In this document: one piece after another, positions 1 through 12,160 of the stretch | How the letters are laid out: each line of letters starts with the position of its first letter | How positions within the stretch are numbered: position 1 is the first letter of the stretch | NCBI RefSeq assembly: GCF_018977255.1 | Contig: NW_024704742.1 | Span: forward strand, 25,360,001 to 25,420,000 | Reading direction: 5' to 3' | Source of the DNA: Callorhinchus milii | Lineage: Eukaryota | DNA length: 60,000 nucleotides | The notes under the pieces: generated by a model | Database searches by the model: none | What the model was told of the DNA's origin: nothing | What the model saw: the letters and a program-made list of their open reading frames with translations, nothing else | Translations under genes and position numbers: made by a program

Positions 1-89
1 TAATGCCAGTTCACCATATTAAAACTGCCATTCTGCGCTCCACCACCAACTGATCCTGCCTTGGGACTCAAGGTAAACAATATGATCTA

Positions 90-275
90 CAGTGTGCTAT
101 GAGAGCATGGAATGCTTTGGCACAAGTGCCTCTTGAAGCTACATTTAAAGTAGAACGTTTAAAAGGGAACCCAAAAGGTATTTGAAGAGCAATATTCAAA
201 AAGACCCGGGGAAAGAGTAGAGAATTAGGATTAGAATGGATACTCCAGTGAAGGAGCAAGCAGCAACATAGTGCA
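90..275 (+). mobile_element. CR1-type LINE 3' fragment (degenerate ORF2 C-terminus and 3' UTR)
   Basis: Reads ..RAWNAL.QV..EA.. and then a degenerate FKG..D.YLK.. / GERA segment typical of the CR1 ORF2 C-terminus; frameshifted. Confidence 0.65.
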
Positions 276-309
276 TACTACAGTACATTCTATAAATATA
301 TATATTAAC

Positions 310-548
310 TGGTCGTTAGTTGATTGGTGGATCGCTTTCCGGGGGTAAAAATCCCTTAAAAAAATAATAATAATAATTTGGTCACTCATTCCAGTTTGTG
401 GGGCACTACTGTATGTAATTGGCTGCCTGCGGTTCGCCCACAAAAATACAGAGTCAATTCACTTTACAGTATATTCTGTGAAGCGCTTTGAGATGTCTCA
501 ATGAAGTGATAAGGCGCTATAACAAATGCAAGGATTACTATTATTATT
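310..548 (+). mobile_element. 5'-truncated copy of the tRNA-derived SINE with L2-type tail
   Basis: Matches the body and tail (gtgaagcgctttgaga...aggcgctat..aaatgcaaggatta(tta)n) of the full-length copies at 17953, 36249, 45163 and 51341. Confidence 0.85.
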
Positions 549-2119
549 CAGTGGCACAGCGACACTACTGACTTAAAATCTAAATGAAGAGGAAACAATA
601 GCAGTTGGAGACCTCTGAGCCTGATGATCTCTTGACGACCTTTTTTTCATGAAATATTTTTTAATGCTGCATGTTGAACAGGGACACTTCACGCCTGCCG
701 TTTTCAGTTTCCCGGCAATGTGTGAGGACAGGCCCTCCCCCGCAGCTCTGATATGGGCTCGGCAGCAGAAAGACATTTTAGTTCTGTTCCTGAATAACAG
801 TTTTGGTACAGAACAGCATTTCACACTGCTTTATACAATCAAATTAGTGCAGGGAGCTCTGTTGAAATCAGATCAGATCAGAAATACACTGTATATGTTA
901 CTGAAGCCAAGGTGTCTAGGATACCATTATCCCCAACATTCACAAATATAATTGTCTAGGATACCGTTATCTCCAACGTCCACAAAAAAATTGAAACAGC
1001 AAAGCTTGCACCTGAAAGCAGAGCTACAACTTTACTGGATGTTATTTTCTCTGGAAAGGTGCCAGGGCAATCATTACATTTTGTGCTGCCAGAGCTAATC
1101 CCATCCTTCACAACAAAGCAAAATTGGTTTAGATGAAGAAGGCCCTTCGGCCCATCCAATCTCATCCCTTCACAACACCCACCCTACCATGCCCCCATCA
1201 CATAAAGCTGCCTTTTAAATGTGAATCCAACACCCTGGCCTCAACCACCATATCACCCTGACTATCAGGACACCATTTGGGTGATAAGGTCATAACCCCT
1301 CAATTGAATTCTTCACCAAATAACTATTCAATTCCCTCTTGAATTTGCTGATACAATATTCCCTCTTGTCCCCCAGAACATCTCTTCCTCACACTGGTGT
1401 AAAGTCTCTGTGTAAAAGATTTTTTGCCAGGTATCTTCTGTGTATGTCTTCTATGTATGTGTCGGGTTAGAATTTACTGTATTTGACTAAAAGCATATGT
1501 CTTTTTGTTGGGGTTGAACCTATATTATCTTCTAATTCAGAGATGAGAGTGCATCCAATTGGTCCAAACTACACAGTAAGGTAGAAGATCAAGAATGAGA
1601 TCTGAGTGTAATAGTTGGCTATTAAAAGCATCAGAATGTATACAATTGGTTACAAAATAAAATGATATATGAATGTCTCCAGTACATTCACACGTGTTAA
1701 AAGTTGTTAGTGAGAAAAAGGTGATTTCAGATCCTGCAGTATACAGTATCTCCCAGGTATCTTTTCAGTGCTTCAGAATATTAGCTGCCGTATGTCTAGG
1801 TTTATTTTTACAGGAGGACTCTGTCTTCCTATAGAAATCTGTGCTCATACCCAGTATTAGAAATAGCTTTGTACAGATGTAGCTTGCTTCTTATTGGCTG
1901 CATATATTTGAAAGGAAACTGTACTTGTCTCAACCCCTGCAAGACCCTTTACTAAAATGCTCCCACTATTATCTCCAGCAATTTGATCTATTACCAGCAG
2001 TGTGAATGCTAAGAGTCCATAAGAGAGGTTCAGATGAAGAAAGCTCTTTGCCTCGTGTGGCCTCATCCTTCCAAATGACAGTGCTAACCCTACCATCTTC
2101 ACATTTAAAACATCAAGCT

Positions 2120-2320
2120 ATTTCTTAAATCCATCCAGTGTCCTGACCTCTGCCATCCTTCCTAGTAACCTGTTCTATATGTTAATTATCCCCTGTGGAA
2201 AGAAATGCTTGCTGCTATCTTTCCTAAACTTGCCTCTCATTCCCCTGTTCTGGTGCCTTTGTGTGTCTGAAAGTACTGTTCTGGGTTTACTTTCTTAATG
2301 CCTTTTAGTATCTTATATAC
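2120..2320 (-). mobile_element. CR1-type LINE fragment (ORF2 C-terminal region)
   Basis: Minus strand reads KVYKILKGIKKVNPEQYF..TR.G followed by a degenerate HFF.Q..IN..N.L segment, CR1-like. Confidence 0.65.
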
Positions 2321-3059
2321 CTTTTTTCTGAGAACTTTGTTCTTGGTGGCCAATGTATAGGCAGCAAACCAAATCAGGCTCACTTTAAAATCCAGAGTCT
2401 GTCTGCAACCAAAGTACATCACCAAACCCTGTGTGAGCTTTAGATGTGTTGCTTAGTCAGGTGAGTTTCCTCAAGAACTGAAATGCCAGTCTCTGTTTTC
2501 AGAAAGGGTATTGCTTCTTTTTATTTGATGGTTTTGGTATCAATATGTTCCACTTTGGAAATGAGTTGAGTGTGTGCTACGGCTCCAGTTACAGCAATCA
2601 ACAAGTCTGAGAATATCAAGGGTAACCTTCCAGTTAGCAAAGGCAATTAAAAAGTAGCGTGTTCCAGTGATAGGAGGATTGGTCGGGTGAGTATTCTGGA
2701 GGGATTCTTCATCCTAACCAATCTTGTGAGTATTACAGAAGAAAGTATTAAGCTTTTAAGACAGAGAGCTTCATATACAATATTATAATAATAATCCTTG
2801 CATTTCATATAGTGTTTTATCACGTCTTTGAGACATCTCAAAGTTTTTACAGAATATATTGCAAAGTGGATTGACTGTGTATCTTGTGGGCGAAACATGT
2901 ATAGCAATCTATTTGCATCTCTGGGCAACCCCACTATCCCAGCTTGACTAGATCCCCATTCCCCCAGAAGATTGAGTTCAATATCCTTGTCCTCAGCTGT
3001 ATAGCCCTCCATGGTCTTGCTTCGCCCAACTTCTGCGACCTATGACTTGTCTGCTTCCT

Positions 3060-3385
3060 CCGTTCAGCCGGCACTGACCTGCTCCATGTCCCCCATCCTG
3101 TCTGCTACACTATCGGTGGTCGGGCATTCAGCCTTTCTGCCCCCACACTCTGGAAGTCTATCCTGGAGCCCCTCCACCTCGCCCCATCCCTTGACTCCTT
3201 CAAAGCCTGTTTCAAGACCTTTCTTTTTGACCGTGGCTTTGGACATCTTTCTTCCTTCACCCGCCCTTGCCCTCCATCCCTCTCTGATCCCAACACGCTG
3301 CACAGACACAAACCCCTCATTGTCCAGTGCCTTCGAACATCCTCTTGATGTGAAAGGTGCTATATAAATGCAATTTGTTGTTGAT
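3060..3385 (+). mobile_element. L2 LINE 3' end
   Basis: ggtggtcgggcattcagc..ctctggaa (G.RAFS..AP.LW motif), pyrimidine-rich 3' UTR and a tail ending tgaaaggtgctatataaatgcaatttgttgttg, shared with the other L2 copies. Confidence 0.85.
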
Positions 3386-3839
3386 GTTAAAATCGTAACT
3401 CACAACTTACAGCATAATTACAGCACATGGTTTGGCCTAAGTGAGATGGGATCCTAGCAACCACAGCCTCATAATATTCAGAGGCCATTCAAATAGAAGC
3501 AGGTCTGAGGTATGCTGCAACATAAGTACATAAGCACTCCATTAATGTCCTCAAGAACAATGTATCTCCCTGGCATTAGGTGACTGGGTAAGTGGATGCC
3601 CATTTCAAAGGTTAATGATAGTGATCAACCCCAATTTTGAGGACTAACGTTTCAAGTACCTCCATCATTTTAAAAGGTTTCCAGCAGCCAATTGTTCACG
3701 ATTTAATGTAGCCACATTGAATGCAATTGACTACACAAGTCAATTGCTTTCAATGTGCTCTAGAATGCAGGGTTTTCTAAATTTGTAAAAATTCAGAGTC
3801 ACAAAAGGGAATTGCTTCTGGGGACAGCAAGCTTTACTC

Positions 3840-4920
3840 AGTTGCCAGCACTCTTGTCTCCTTGAGTCCCTCACAAACACCCTCTCATCCTCAGATCTTC
3901 TCTCCCTCTGACCTTCCACCTGCAGTGATCTTGATGCAGCCGTCAAGCTGCGAAATGATCGTCTCTCCTCCACTTTCAATTCCCTTGTCCTCCTGAAATC
4001 CAGGACTGTCTCCAAGCCCACCTGTTCCCCTGTTATAACAGCCACCTCCACTTCCTTAAATCCAAAACCCGGAAGCTCGTGCTCAGATGGCACAAAATCA
4101 GCCTCATGGATCGCAGCCAGATGTGGCTCGAGCATTTTCATACCTCATTTTACACAGGAGAAAACTGCATTCAACTCCCAGGCCATCCTGGAAACTGCTT
4201 GGCTGCCTTGTATTCCTTCTCCAAGTCCTTTAGCACCTCCCACCCTCGCGCCTTCAATATCACCCTTTCCTTCTGCCACAGCTCCTACACTGGCCCCACA
4301 CTACTTCGTCAAAGTCACAAAGGATGTTTGCTCCCTCTCTGACCATGGTCCGTTTGCCTCCTTGTCCTCCTGGTAGTTTTCCGCTGCCTTTGATACAGTT
4401 GATCATGCCATCCTCCTCGACCTCCTCTCCTCCCCCATCCACCTCAGCCAAACCGCACAGTCCTGGTTTGAACCCTACTTAGGCAATTGCCATCACTTCC
4501 TCTCCACAAACAGTTTTTCTTCCCACCCCCGCCCAGTCACCTGCAGGGTACCCCAAGGCTCCATTCTTGTCCCCCTTCTTTTCATCATTTCCATGCTCCC
4601 TATCAGTCATGTCATCAGTAGACACAGGATCAACTTCCACATGTAAACGTATGACACACAAATCTACTTCTCCAGTTGGAATTCAAGGCCCGCTGACGTT
4701 TTGGCCACTTGCTCATCAGACATTAAGCACCAATCTTCTGTAGTTGAATATTGACAAGACAGAAGCCATACTTCTTGGCTCCTGTCAATGTCTTCGTGCC
4801 TGTAGCTTCAACCTCCTTAACCTGCCCAGCTTACCCCTCACACTTACCAAACAGTTGCGTAATCTAAACATCAGATTCAATCTCAGCTGTCCTTCATACC
4901 CCTCATCCAATCCCTGACCA
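3840..4920 (+). mobile_element. Degenerate L2 LINE ORF2 (reverse transcriptase region)
   Basis: Recognisable L2 RT motifs with stops and frameshifts: gctgcctttgatacagttgatcat (AAFDTVDH), gggtaccccaaggctccattctt (GVPQGSIL), decayed YADDTQ, and LNIDKTE. Confidence 0.85.
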
Positions 4921-4934
4921 TGACCCTGACATTA

Positions 4935-5175
4935 CAATGAAGTGCCAGGAGAGCATTGCATTTTCGGTGGTGCTATTCTTCGGATGAGAAATTAAACTGA
5001 GGTCCCATCTGCTATTATTTCAAAAGAGTGTGGAGATTCTCCCAGCATCCTGGCCAAACATCCTCCAGGTAAATTGCTCATTCACTCCACAGCTGTTTGT
5101 GGAATCTTGCTGTGTATCTTGTAGCTGTTGTGTGTACCAACCTGACTCTACATCACTTGCCTATGAAGCATTTTG
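4935..5175 (+). mobile_element. Deu-domain SINE (SacSINE1/AmnSINE1-like), degenerate
   Basis: Core ggtgctattcttcggatgagaaattaaactgaggtcccatctg resembles the DeuSINE core; the same core recurs at 14505, 16655, 26340 and 57040. Confidence 0.7.
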
Positions 5176-6054
5176 ACATTGTAGACTCTCCATCAAAACA
5201 ATGCATCCTGAAAAGATAAATGTCGATTTGCTGTCAAACCTTGGATTTCAAGGATCAGTAGTTTTTGTTAATCTTAGTCATGTAGATGGAGCACATTAGG
5301 AATAAAAGTTTTTTTTTTACAAACTTTACAAAAATAAGAGTATTTCCCATTTGAAGTACTCCCCCTATGTAAAGAGAAAAACATATGTTTATAAAATTAT
5401 ATATTACTTATAAAATTATTTTCTGCAGTTGAATGTTGACAAGACAGAAACCATACTCCTTGGCTCCTGTCAATGTCTTTGTGCCTGTAGCTTCAACCTC
5501 CTTAACCTGCCCAGCCTACCCCTCACACTTACCAAACAGTTGCGTAAAAAACATATATTTATAGAATTATATATTCTCTACAGCAAGGAATCCTCCTCAA
5601 CTAGGCTGTTGCAGCAAAGCCTGGTGTGTGTCTTGGAGCAGCTTTCTTGAGTTTAAAGGGGAGGTAAGAGGAGGGAAACAACGTAGGTGGGAACTTTGGA
5701 CCAGTCCAGATGTTTATCTGAGCAGCCTTTCTCCAGAAAAGCATGGCGACTGCCCAAGCGGTACTTGTTGGAACTGATACCTGTCCCACACATTTTGCCC
5801 TCATGGTTTGGGTTTGGATTCCTTCACCACAATGCAATGAGAACTATGCAAGTCTTTGTTCATGCAGTGAGGAACCAACATCCATCAGGACTCATTGAAT
5901 ATGTCAGTTGCATTGTGCACTAATTGTCATTACTGATCTTAATAATAATAATAATATTACTGATCTATATATGCAACATAGGCCCAAATGGTCACCTACC
6001 TTAGCCTGTCAGACCATTTTGTCTTAAAATTTAAAATGGTGCAGAATTTTGGAC

Positions 6055-6335
6055 AATTCCTTGCCTTGATTTGTAAGGAATAATGGCTCATCCAGGCCTT
6101 GATGTCTAACAGTCAAAGTGGATAGAACATCATTGGAGAAGTGGAAAGACAAGACTTAGGTGCAGGTTAACTCTGTATCTGCGGATGATGTCATCAAGAG
6201 AGAGTATGGAGATGAGAGGGTCAAGGATAGAGCCCTGAGATACACCACAGGTGACTATGCGAGGGCGGGAGGAGAAACCATTGGAAGAGGGAAAGTGGAG
6301 GAGCTGGGTCAAGCAGGATTGGAACCAGACAAGAA
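6055..6335 (-). mobile_element. L2 LINE RT fragment
   Basis: Minus ORF SNGFSSRPRIVTCGVSQGSILDPL..SLDDIIRRYRVNLH aligns with the L2 copies at 21067-21450 and 30700-30870. Confidence 0.8.
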
Positions 6336-7110
6336 TGAGGTGCGAGAAGAAATGACTGAAACTGGTATAAATTTTGGGTCAAAGATTAAGTGTGAGTGAA
6401 GCATGATCTTATACATATCATTATAAATCATGATGACGTCAATTTTACGGCTAATTAATTATCTAAAATAGATTATAAACAGACGTAGTTGATCAAATAC
6501 TTTACTGAATATAGTAATTCCACTGGACCATGAAAATCTCATCTCTCAAATAGACGTGGTCAGAGGTGAACATCGTAGGTTGCAGTGTTAGATTGATATG
6601 CTAAATTAGTTTAACGATCAGGGTTAAATTTTACAGGGCATTGCCTCACCCGCAATTATTTACCACGGTCAGAAGATTGATCGTCTGAATGGCTTTTCCT
6701 TCATTCCAGACTAATGCTCTTATCTTAACCTGTGGCCAATTGCTGAGTGAGGTTTATCAATTCCAACACTAGGTTATCAGGTTCACAATTCATCCAAGCA
6801 GGTCTGTGTACCAGTAACGCAAGGTGGAGATCGATCCAGGTAAGTACACAATGAGAGAGAGAAAGTGACACACACACAGACGGTTAGAGAGGCAAATCAT
6901 TAGGAAGGGAGATGCACACCTAAACATGCAGAGACTTGGTATCTACAGTGTTTTCAAACACACAATGGTGCAGGTATTAGGTTCTCTACCTAACTAACAA
7001 GGCAAGTCAGCTTTGGAGCTAAAAACATCTTTGTCCACTAATTCAGTTCACATTGCAATGGCCCTTACATGCTTGCTTATTAATGTTATTTATATATATG
7101 TTTTATACAG

Positions 7111-7374
7111 AGTGCCTTGGGGTCATTCTGCTTTTTGGTGTTTGCTGGAATTGCTGCGGCAGGAGCAATATATCTGCACTTTCTCTTACCTGAAACCAAA
7201 AATCAAACCTTCGCAGAAATATGTTTGTCATTTGCCAAGATCAATAAGAAGTCTCATGTGTCTGCAGAAGAGACTAAAACCATTACATTATCGGAGTTTG
7301 TGGAGATCAGTGCAAGCAATGTGATGAACCGCAAGCCCAACATTGAGCCAGATGATGTAGAATGCACTGTATGA
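7111..7374 (+). CDS. SLC2A9: Last coding exon of solute carrier family 2 member 9 (GLUT9, urate/hexose transporter)
   Basis: Acceptor ttttatacag at 7101-7110, phase 0. Encodes [47 protein letters not shown]...ECTV*, i.e. GLUT TM12 plus the PETK motif, closest to class II GLUT9 (YCFLVFA..GAIYLYF.LPETKN.T.AEI). It is convergent with DRD5, as in the known SLC2A9-DRD5-OTOP1 synteny. I did not find upstream exons in the window. Confidence 0.88.
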   Translation, partial: SALGSFCFLVFAGIAAAGAIYLHFLLPETKNQTFAEICLSFAKINKKSHVSAEETKTITLSEFVEISASNVMNRKPNIEPDDVECTV

Positions 7375-7552
7375 CAGACGGCTAGCAAGTCTTTTTTAAC
7401 TCGTGACCAATCCAAACCCAGAAGCTTCTTCATCATTGGTAGTGTGTGCAACCATTTGCCATCACTTTGCTGTCTGGTGCATGGAAAACGCTGGATTTCA
7501 GTGGAGGAAGCCTACGAGGAGCAGGTTAAGCATGTCCAAGAAAGATCACTGA

Positions 7553-8025
7553 AATAAAACTAGAAATGCTGGAAATCCACAGCAGCTGGATGAGCATGTG
7601 GAAGACAACGATTAATAAATGTTTAACACATGACCCTTCCTCCGAGTTCTGATGAGATTCAATGAAGAGTCATGTCCTTGTTGCCCTCCCACCATCAGCC
7701 ATTCTGCACCCCCACCCCCCTCACCCAATCTCTGGACTGCCATCCCAGAGTCCCTCCAACTCGCTCCCTTCCTCCCCTCATTTGAAGCCCAACTCAAGAC
7801 CTACCTCTTTTGGTCAACTTTCCCCTCCCTACCCACTTCGGTTCTCACCGCTGTTTGGCTGCCCAGCCAGCAGTGCCAAGCACTTTGAGACATCCTCTCG
7901 ACATGAAATGTGCTATGTAAATTATAAGTATGTTAACGAATATGTCTTTCTCATTTATATGCTCATTAACCTGCTAATAAATTACCAGCGTATCTATGTT
8001 TTATTCTAGATTTCCAGCATCTGCA
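7553..8025. mobile_element. Degenerate fold-back element of the Penelope-associated type common in cartilaginous fishes, split by an L2 insertion
   Basis: Left arm aataaaactagaaatgctggaaat..agcag..atgagcat (7553-7597) is inverted relative to atgctcat..ctgct..attaccagcgtatctatgttttatt (7959-8005). There is an inner inversion catgacccttc / gaagagtcatg and CTGATGA at 7649-7655. Confidence 0.55.
7678..7925 (+). mobile_element. L2 LINE 3' end nested in the fold-back element
   Basis: LWTAIPESLQLAP..FEAQLKTYLF plus the L2 tail cactttgagacatcctctcgacatgaaatgtgctatgtaaat. Confidence 0.85.
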
Positions 8026-10049
8026 ATTCTTTGTCTTTTTATATGTAATCAAAACTTTTTTTTATTTAGTAAAGTATTAAATTGATTCAACAGTATGTAA
8101 TAATAATCCTTGCATTTCATGCACTGTTTTATCACATCTTCAAAATGTCTCAAAGCACTTCACATGATCTTACTGTGAAGTGTAGGAACTGTGAATTTAT
8201 AGGCAAACGCAGCAGCTAATTTGCAATAACACAGTAATATCCCACAAAACTGCTATGAAGTAAATGTCCATTTTTATCTGGAAGTTTATTGGCCAGGACA
8301 CTGGAAGAAAATCCTTTATTAGAGAGAAGATCAGAGAGAAATAAACAGAAAGGTTTCTATTTTCTTAAACTGTCTGTTTTACATTCCTTTATTTAAAATA
8401 ATAATATGTGTATAATGTCTCGCTGTCTTCAGTTGTTAATCAGAGCAGTGTTGAGCCATGTGCCTGCGGAGAACAGGGCAAACATAAGTGAGAGTCATCC
8501 CTGAGAGGTACAGGTATCTCTAGCAGCTGCTTGCAAATGCACCGAGATTGGCCTGGGAGCCACCAGCCACTTAGCTCCAAGCACCAACCCAGAAAGCCAA
8601 AGAAAATACTAAAATAAAGGAGAAGCAAGCTTACCTGAACAACCCATGAAAGTACAATACAATACAAATTTACATTTATATAGCACCTTTCACGTTGGGA
8701 AGATGTCCCAAGGCGCTGAATGGCAAAGGTGAGGGGAACAAATCATTTACTACAAATGTTAGAACACTACACTTAATTCATCAATAGTAATCCTTGCATT
8801 TAATATAATCGGTTTCGGGACATCTGAAAGCACTTTGCAGGATTTAGTGTAGAGTGAAGTGACTGTATTTGAAGCCAAATGTGGCAGCCAATTTGCGCTT
8901 AGTGATGTCCCACAAACAGCCATGAAATGAGTGACAATTTTATTTTAGGGATGAATGTTGGCCAGAACACTAAGATTGGGAGATTACAGAGCATTGTTAG
9001 GATGTGGAATGTATTGCCAAATGCAGTGTTTGAGGTGGAAGTAGGCAATAATTTGACCCATTGTACTGGCATTGCTGCTGGATCCTACATTGAAGTATTC
9101 TTCCTAATACCAATTCCCTGCTCTTTCAACCTTACTCTACATGGGGGTTGATCTAAATCTCTTTGAAATGCTTCCTCTTCTCCCTTAATCATCTCTGATC
9201 AAACAGCCACCCGTTGACAAATGATTCAATATTCTGAAAATCGTCCAGAAGAAGAAAATCTTCCTACGTTTCCCTGCTTGACATCCAACCCCATCATTGA
9301 TAAGTACTCCCAGACCTTACCTTACATGAAGGAGATGCTATATAAATGCAAGTTGTTGTTGTCTAACTGACCCTTTATGTTAGGCACAATTTATTCTCAG
9401 TGACAAAAGTTGAATTTGGTTGATATGCTGCGTCCCTCAGGTTATAATTCCTTCAAAATAAATAAATACATATGATAATAATCTGGTCACTGAATCCACC
9501 ACTGTTTGTGGGACACTGCTGTGTGCAATTGGGTGCCATGTTTCACCCATAAAATATACAGTCAATTCACTTTACAGTATATTGTGTGAAATGCTTTGAG
9601 ACATCTCGAAGATGTGATAATATTATTATTATCCTTTGTGTGTTGTGAACCTCTCCTTAGTCATGCTATGTTTGAAAATTGAAAAAGAGTTTGCATTTTG
9701 TACAGCTCCTTATAGCATCAAAATGTGCTTCACAAGAAATTACTACCAACTCTAGCATCTGTATTTGTAGGCAAAGCTGGCAGTCATTTTACACCAGAAG
9801 GTCCCACAAACAACCTTGGGATAGATGACCAAGTAATCTGGAGGTTATTTTTGCAGACACTTTTTAAAAAAAAAATTTCATTAAATTAGTGGCACTGGAA
9901 AACAAAACTGAGATTGTTGATGGTTGAGATTGTTGATGTTAATTCATATCCTATGACTGGACTGGACTGAGAAACAAAATCAGTTTGCGAATAAGTCTTC
10001 TTGATTGCATTTATGAGAAAGCAGTGCACAATTCAAATTCGGAAACCGC

Positions 10050-10400
10050 ATCCAGGCCACTGTCACCTCGACACGTGACTTTTCCAAGGTTCTGCTTGCT
10101 TGACCTCCCAGCTCCACCCTCCCAACTCAAGACCCTACAGAACTCTGCAGCCTGTAACCTCTCCTGCGCTGTGAGCCCATCACCCCATATTGATCCAGCT
10201 GCACTATCCCCTAGCAGATCAAGTTGAAGATCCTCATGCTCACCATCAAATGCCTCATGGCCTTGCACCTCCCTGTCTTTGCAATCTCCCACAACCTTGC
10301 TTCTCCAACCATTCCTCAACTTCGCCAACTCCAGCCTGCTTCATGCCTCCTGCTCGTTCCGCCCCACCTTCAGTGGGCGAGCTTTCAGCCACTTTGCCCT
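10050..10400 (+). mobile_element. L2 LINE fragment (post-RT region)
   Basis: QLKTLQNSAA..., KILMLTIKCL.GLAP.. and ggtgggcgagctttcagc motifs. Confidence 0.75.
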
Positions 10401-10759
10401 CTAGCAGATTGGTAAACCACTGCATGACTAGCTTTACTAGACTTGACTAGTAAACAAACTGGGCAACTGAACCAAAGACAGCTGAAGGTGACTCGCCTGT
10501 GTTACAGGAAAGGTCTGCCCTAGGAGCCTCTGTCTTATCAATAACTAACAACTGCAAAGGTCCTTGGACGAGATTTTAAGAAAAGTTTGGAAAGTGACAG
10601 TAAATTTTTAAAAGTAGTATTTTGAGTAATATTTACACTGAATCACAGAGTCGATTGTTAATGTAAATCAGCAGTGTTTGACATTAATTATATTCCTTAA
10701 TCTCAAGATGTGCATTTGAATATAAATAAGTACAATGCAATCTCACACCTCTTCAAAGG

Positions 10760-11420
10760 TATGAAGGCGAGAAAGAGAGGAACAGTACAAGGAGTCGTGC
10801 TCCTTACAGAAAATAGAAGCGCTAAAACCGGTATGATTGATAGATAACTCTGATTTTGAATTACCAGGATGAAAGAGATGAGAAATAAAGAGCGAGTTTT
10901 AGATAAACACAGAAGTAGACAGTGAGAGGGCCAAAGATAGAAGCGAATAGAGAACACGAGAATCAGAAAATTCAGGTGAAGAATTAAAGAGAGGAACAAA
11001 GAAATAAAAAAGCAGAGGGATAAAAATAGAAGATCAGAGAGAAAGAAACAGAGGGGTCCAGAGAGAGAAAGAGAGAAAGGGAGTCAGGGAGAGAAACAAA
11101 GAGAGGACCAGAGAGATGAACAGAGATAGAAACAGCAAAAGAGAGGTCCAGAAAGAAAGAGAGAGGAAAACAGTGAGAGACAGAGGGAGAAACACAGACA
11201 AGATCAAACAGAAATAGGACCAAAAAATAGAGAGTGATAAATAGAGAGGTGCAAGAAAGAGAGAGCAGCAGAGAGACAAAACGAGATGAACAGGCAGAGC
11301 ACCCGAGAAATAGAGAGATCGCAATAGAGTCACAGAGAGGATAACAAAACAAGAACAAATAAACAAGGAGAAAACTAACAAGAAAGATAAAGAAACTGAG
11401 AAACAAATGATTTACTAAAG
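10760..11420. repeat. GA-rich low-complexity tract (decayed (GA)n microsatellite)
   Basis: About 650 bp that is strongly purine-rich on the + strand (agagagaaag, gagagaaaca...). Confidence 0.9.
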
Positions 11421-12019
11421 AGAACAGAATCTGGAATGATTCATTTATGTAATAACTTAAGCATTTATTTTTTCTTTGAACGTTATCACTTTTTCAAGTT
11501 CAATTTCACACTTGATGTAGCACGCATTATTCGACCCAACTTGATCTCTTCCACAGCTCACTACCTGGGATGCACAACAATCGATGAATAATTAAACTAT
11601 TGAACACTTTTTCATGCAACCTGCAGAATCAAAGCAACAGTTCCTTTTGTATGTAAGACATAGATCATTATCAACAAGGTCTTCTTGAACAGAATGATAT
11701 ATAACTTGCAATACTTTGTGAGATGGGCATGGAAACATTTGTCTGCACCGGGGTCTTTTCACCGTGCTTTAAACTCATTGTAGATAAATAGATAATGGGA
11801 TGTATTGACAAAGCTTTGGTGAAATGTCCTTTAGACTCAGTTTCTTTTAGACATGCCTCCTGAACTTAGCCATTGTGTTACTATTATTTTACAAATGGAT
11901 TCATCTGTAATTTCAGGTGTATGGAAATGAATCCCATAACACTATTTGAAAAGAGTTTCACCTGGTGTCTTTGCCAATAATCCTTCAGGTAAATTGGGCA
12001 TTTACTTGATAGTTTTTAT

Positions 12020-12160
12020 AGGAGGGACACATCCTGCTTAACTAATTCCAGAGAATATTAGGTGCTGGTTAGTAAAAGGTAAAGGTTGAGTACCCCAGAG
12101 AATACATTGAGGCACTGCTGGAGTTTAACCAGCTAAAACCACATAGCTTGTGATTGAGAG
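12020..12160 (-). repeat. Fragment of an unclassified interspersed repeat (copy 1 of 4)
   Basis: taattccagagaatattaggtgc..ggagtttaaccagctaaaaccacatagcttgtgattgaga matches 38540-38660 and the reverse complement of 32950-33070 and 34530-34650. Confidence 0.75.

Noticed and set aside
912..995. About 39-bp tandem duplication (tgtctaggatacc.ttatc.ccaac.t.cacaaa)
   Set aside because: An ordinary two-copy slippage duplication in an intron with no further structure.
6430..6509. Possible C/D-box snoRNA (ATGATGA...CTGA) in the last SLC2A9 intron
   Set aside because: No convincing terminal stem or rRNA-complementary guide; the boxes could occur by chance. It overlaps a CRE palindrome (TGACGTCA).
10703..11406. 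Hydrophobic Leu/Ser/Phe ORFs resembling membrane proteins
   Set aside because: Artefacts of the (CT)-rich strand of a GA microsatellite tract.
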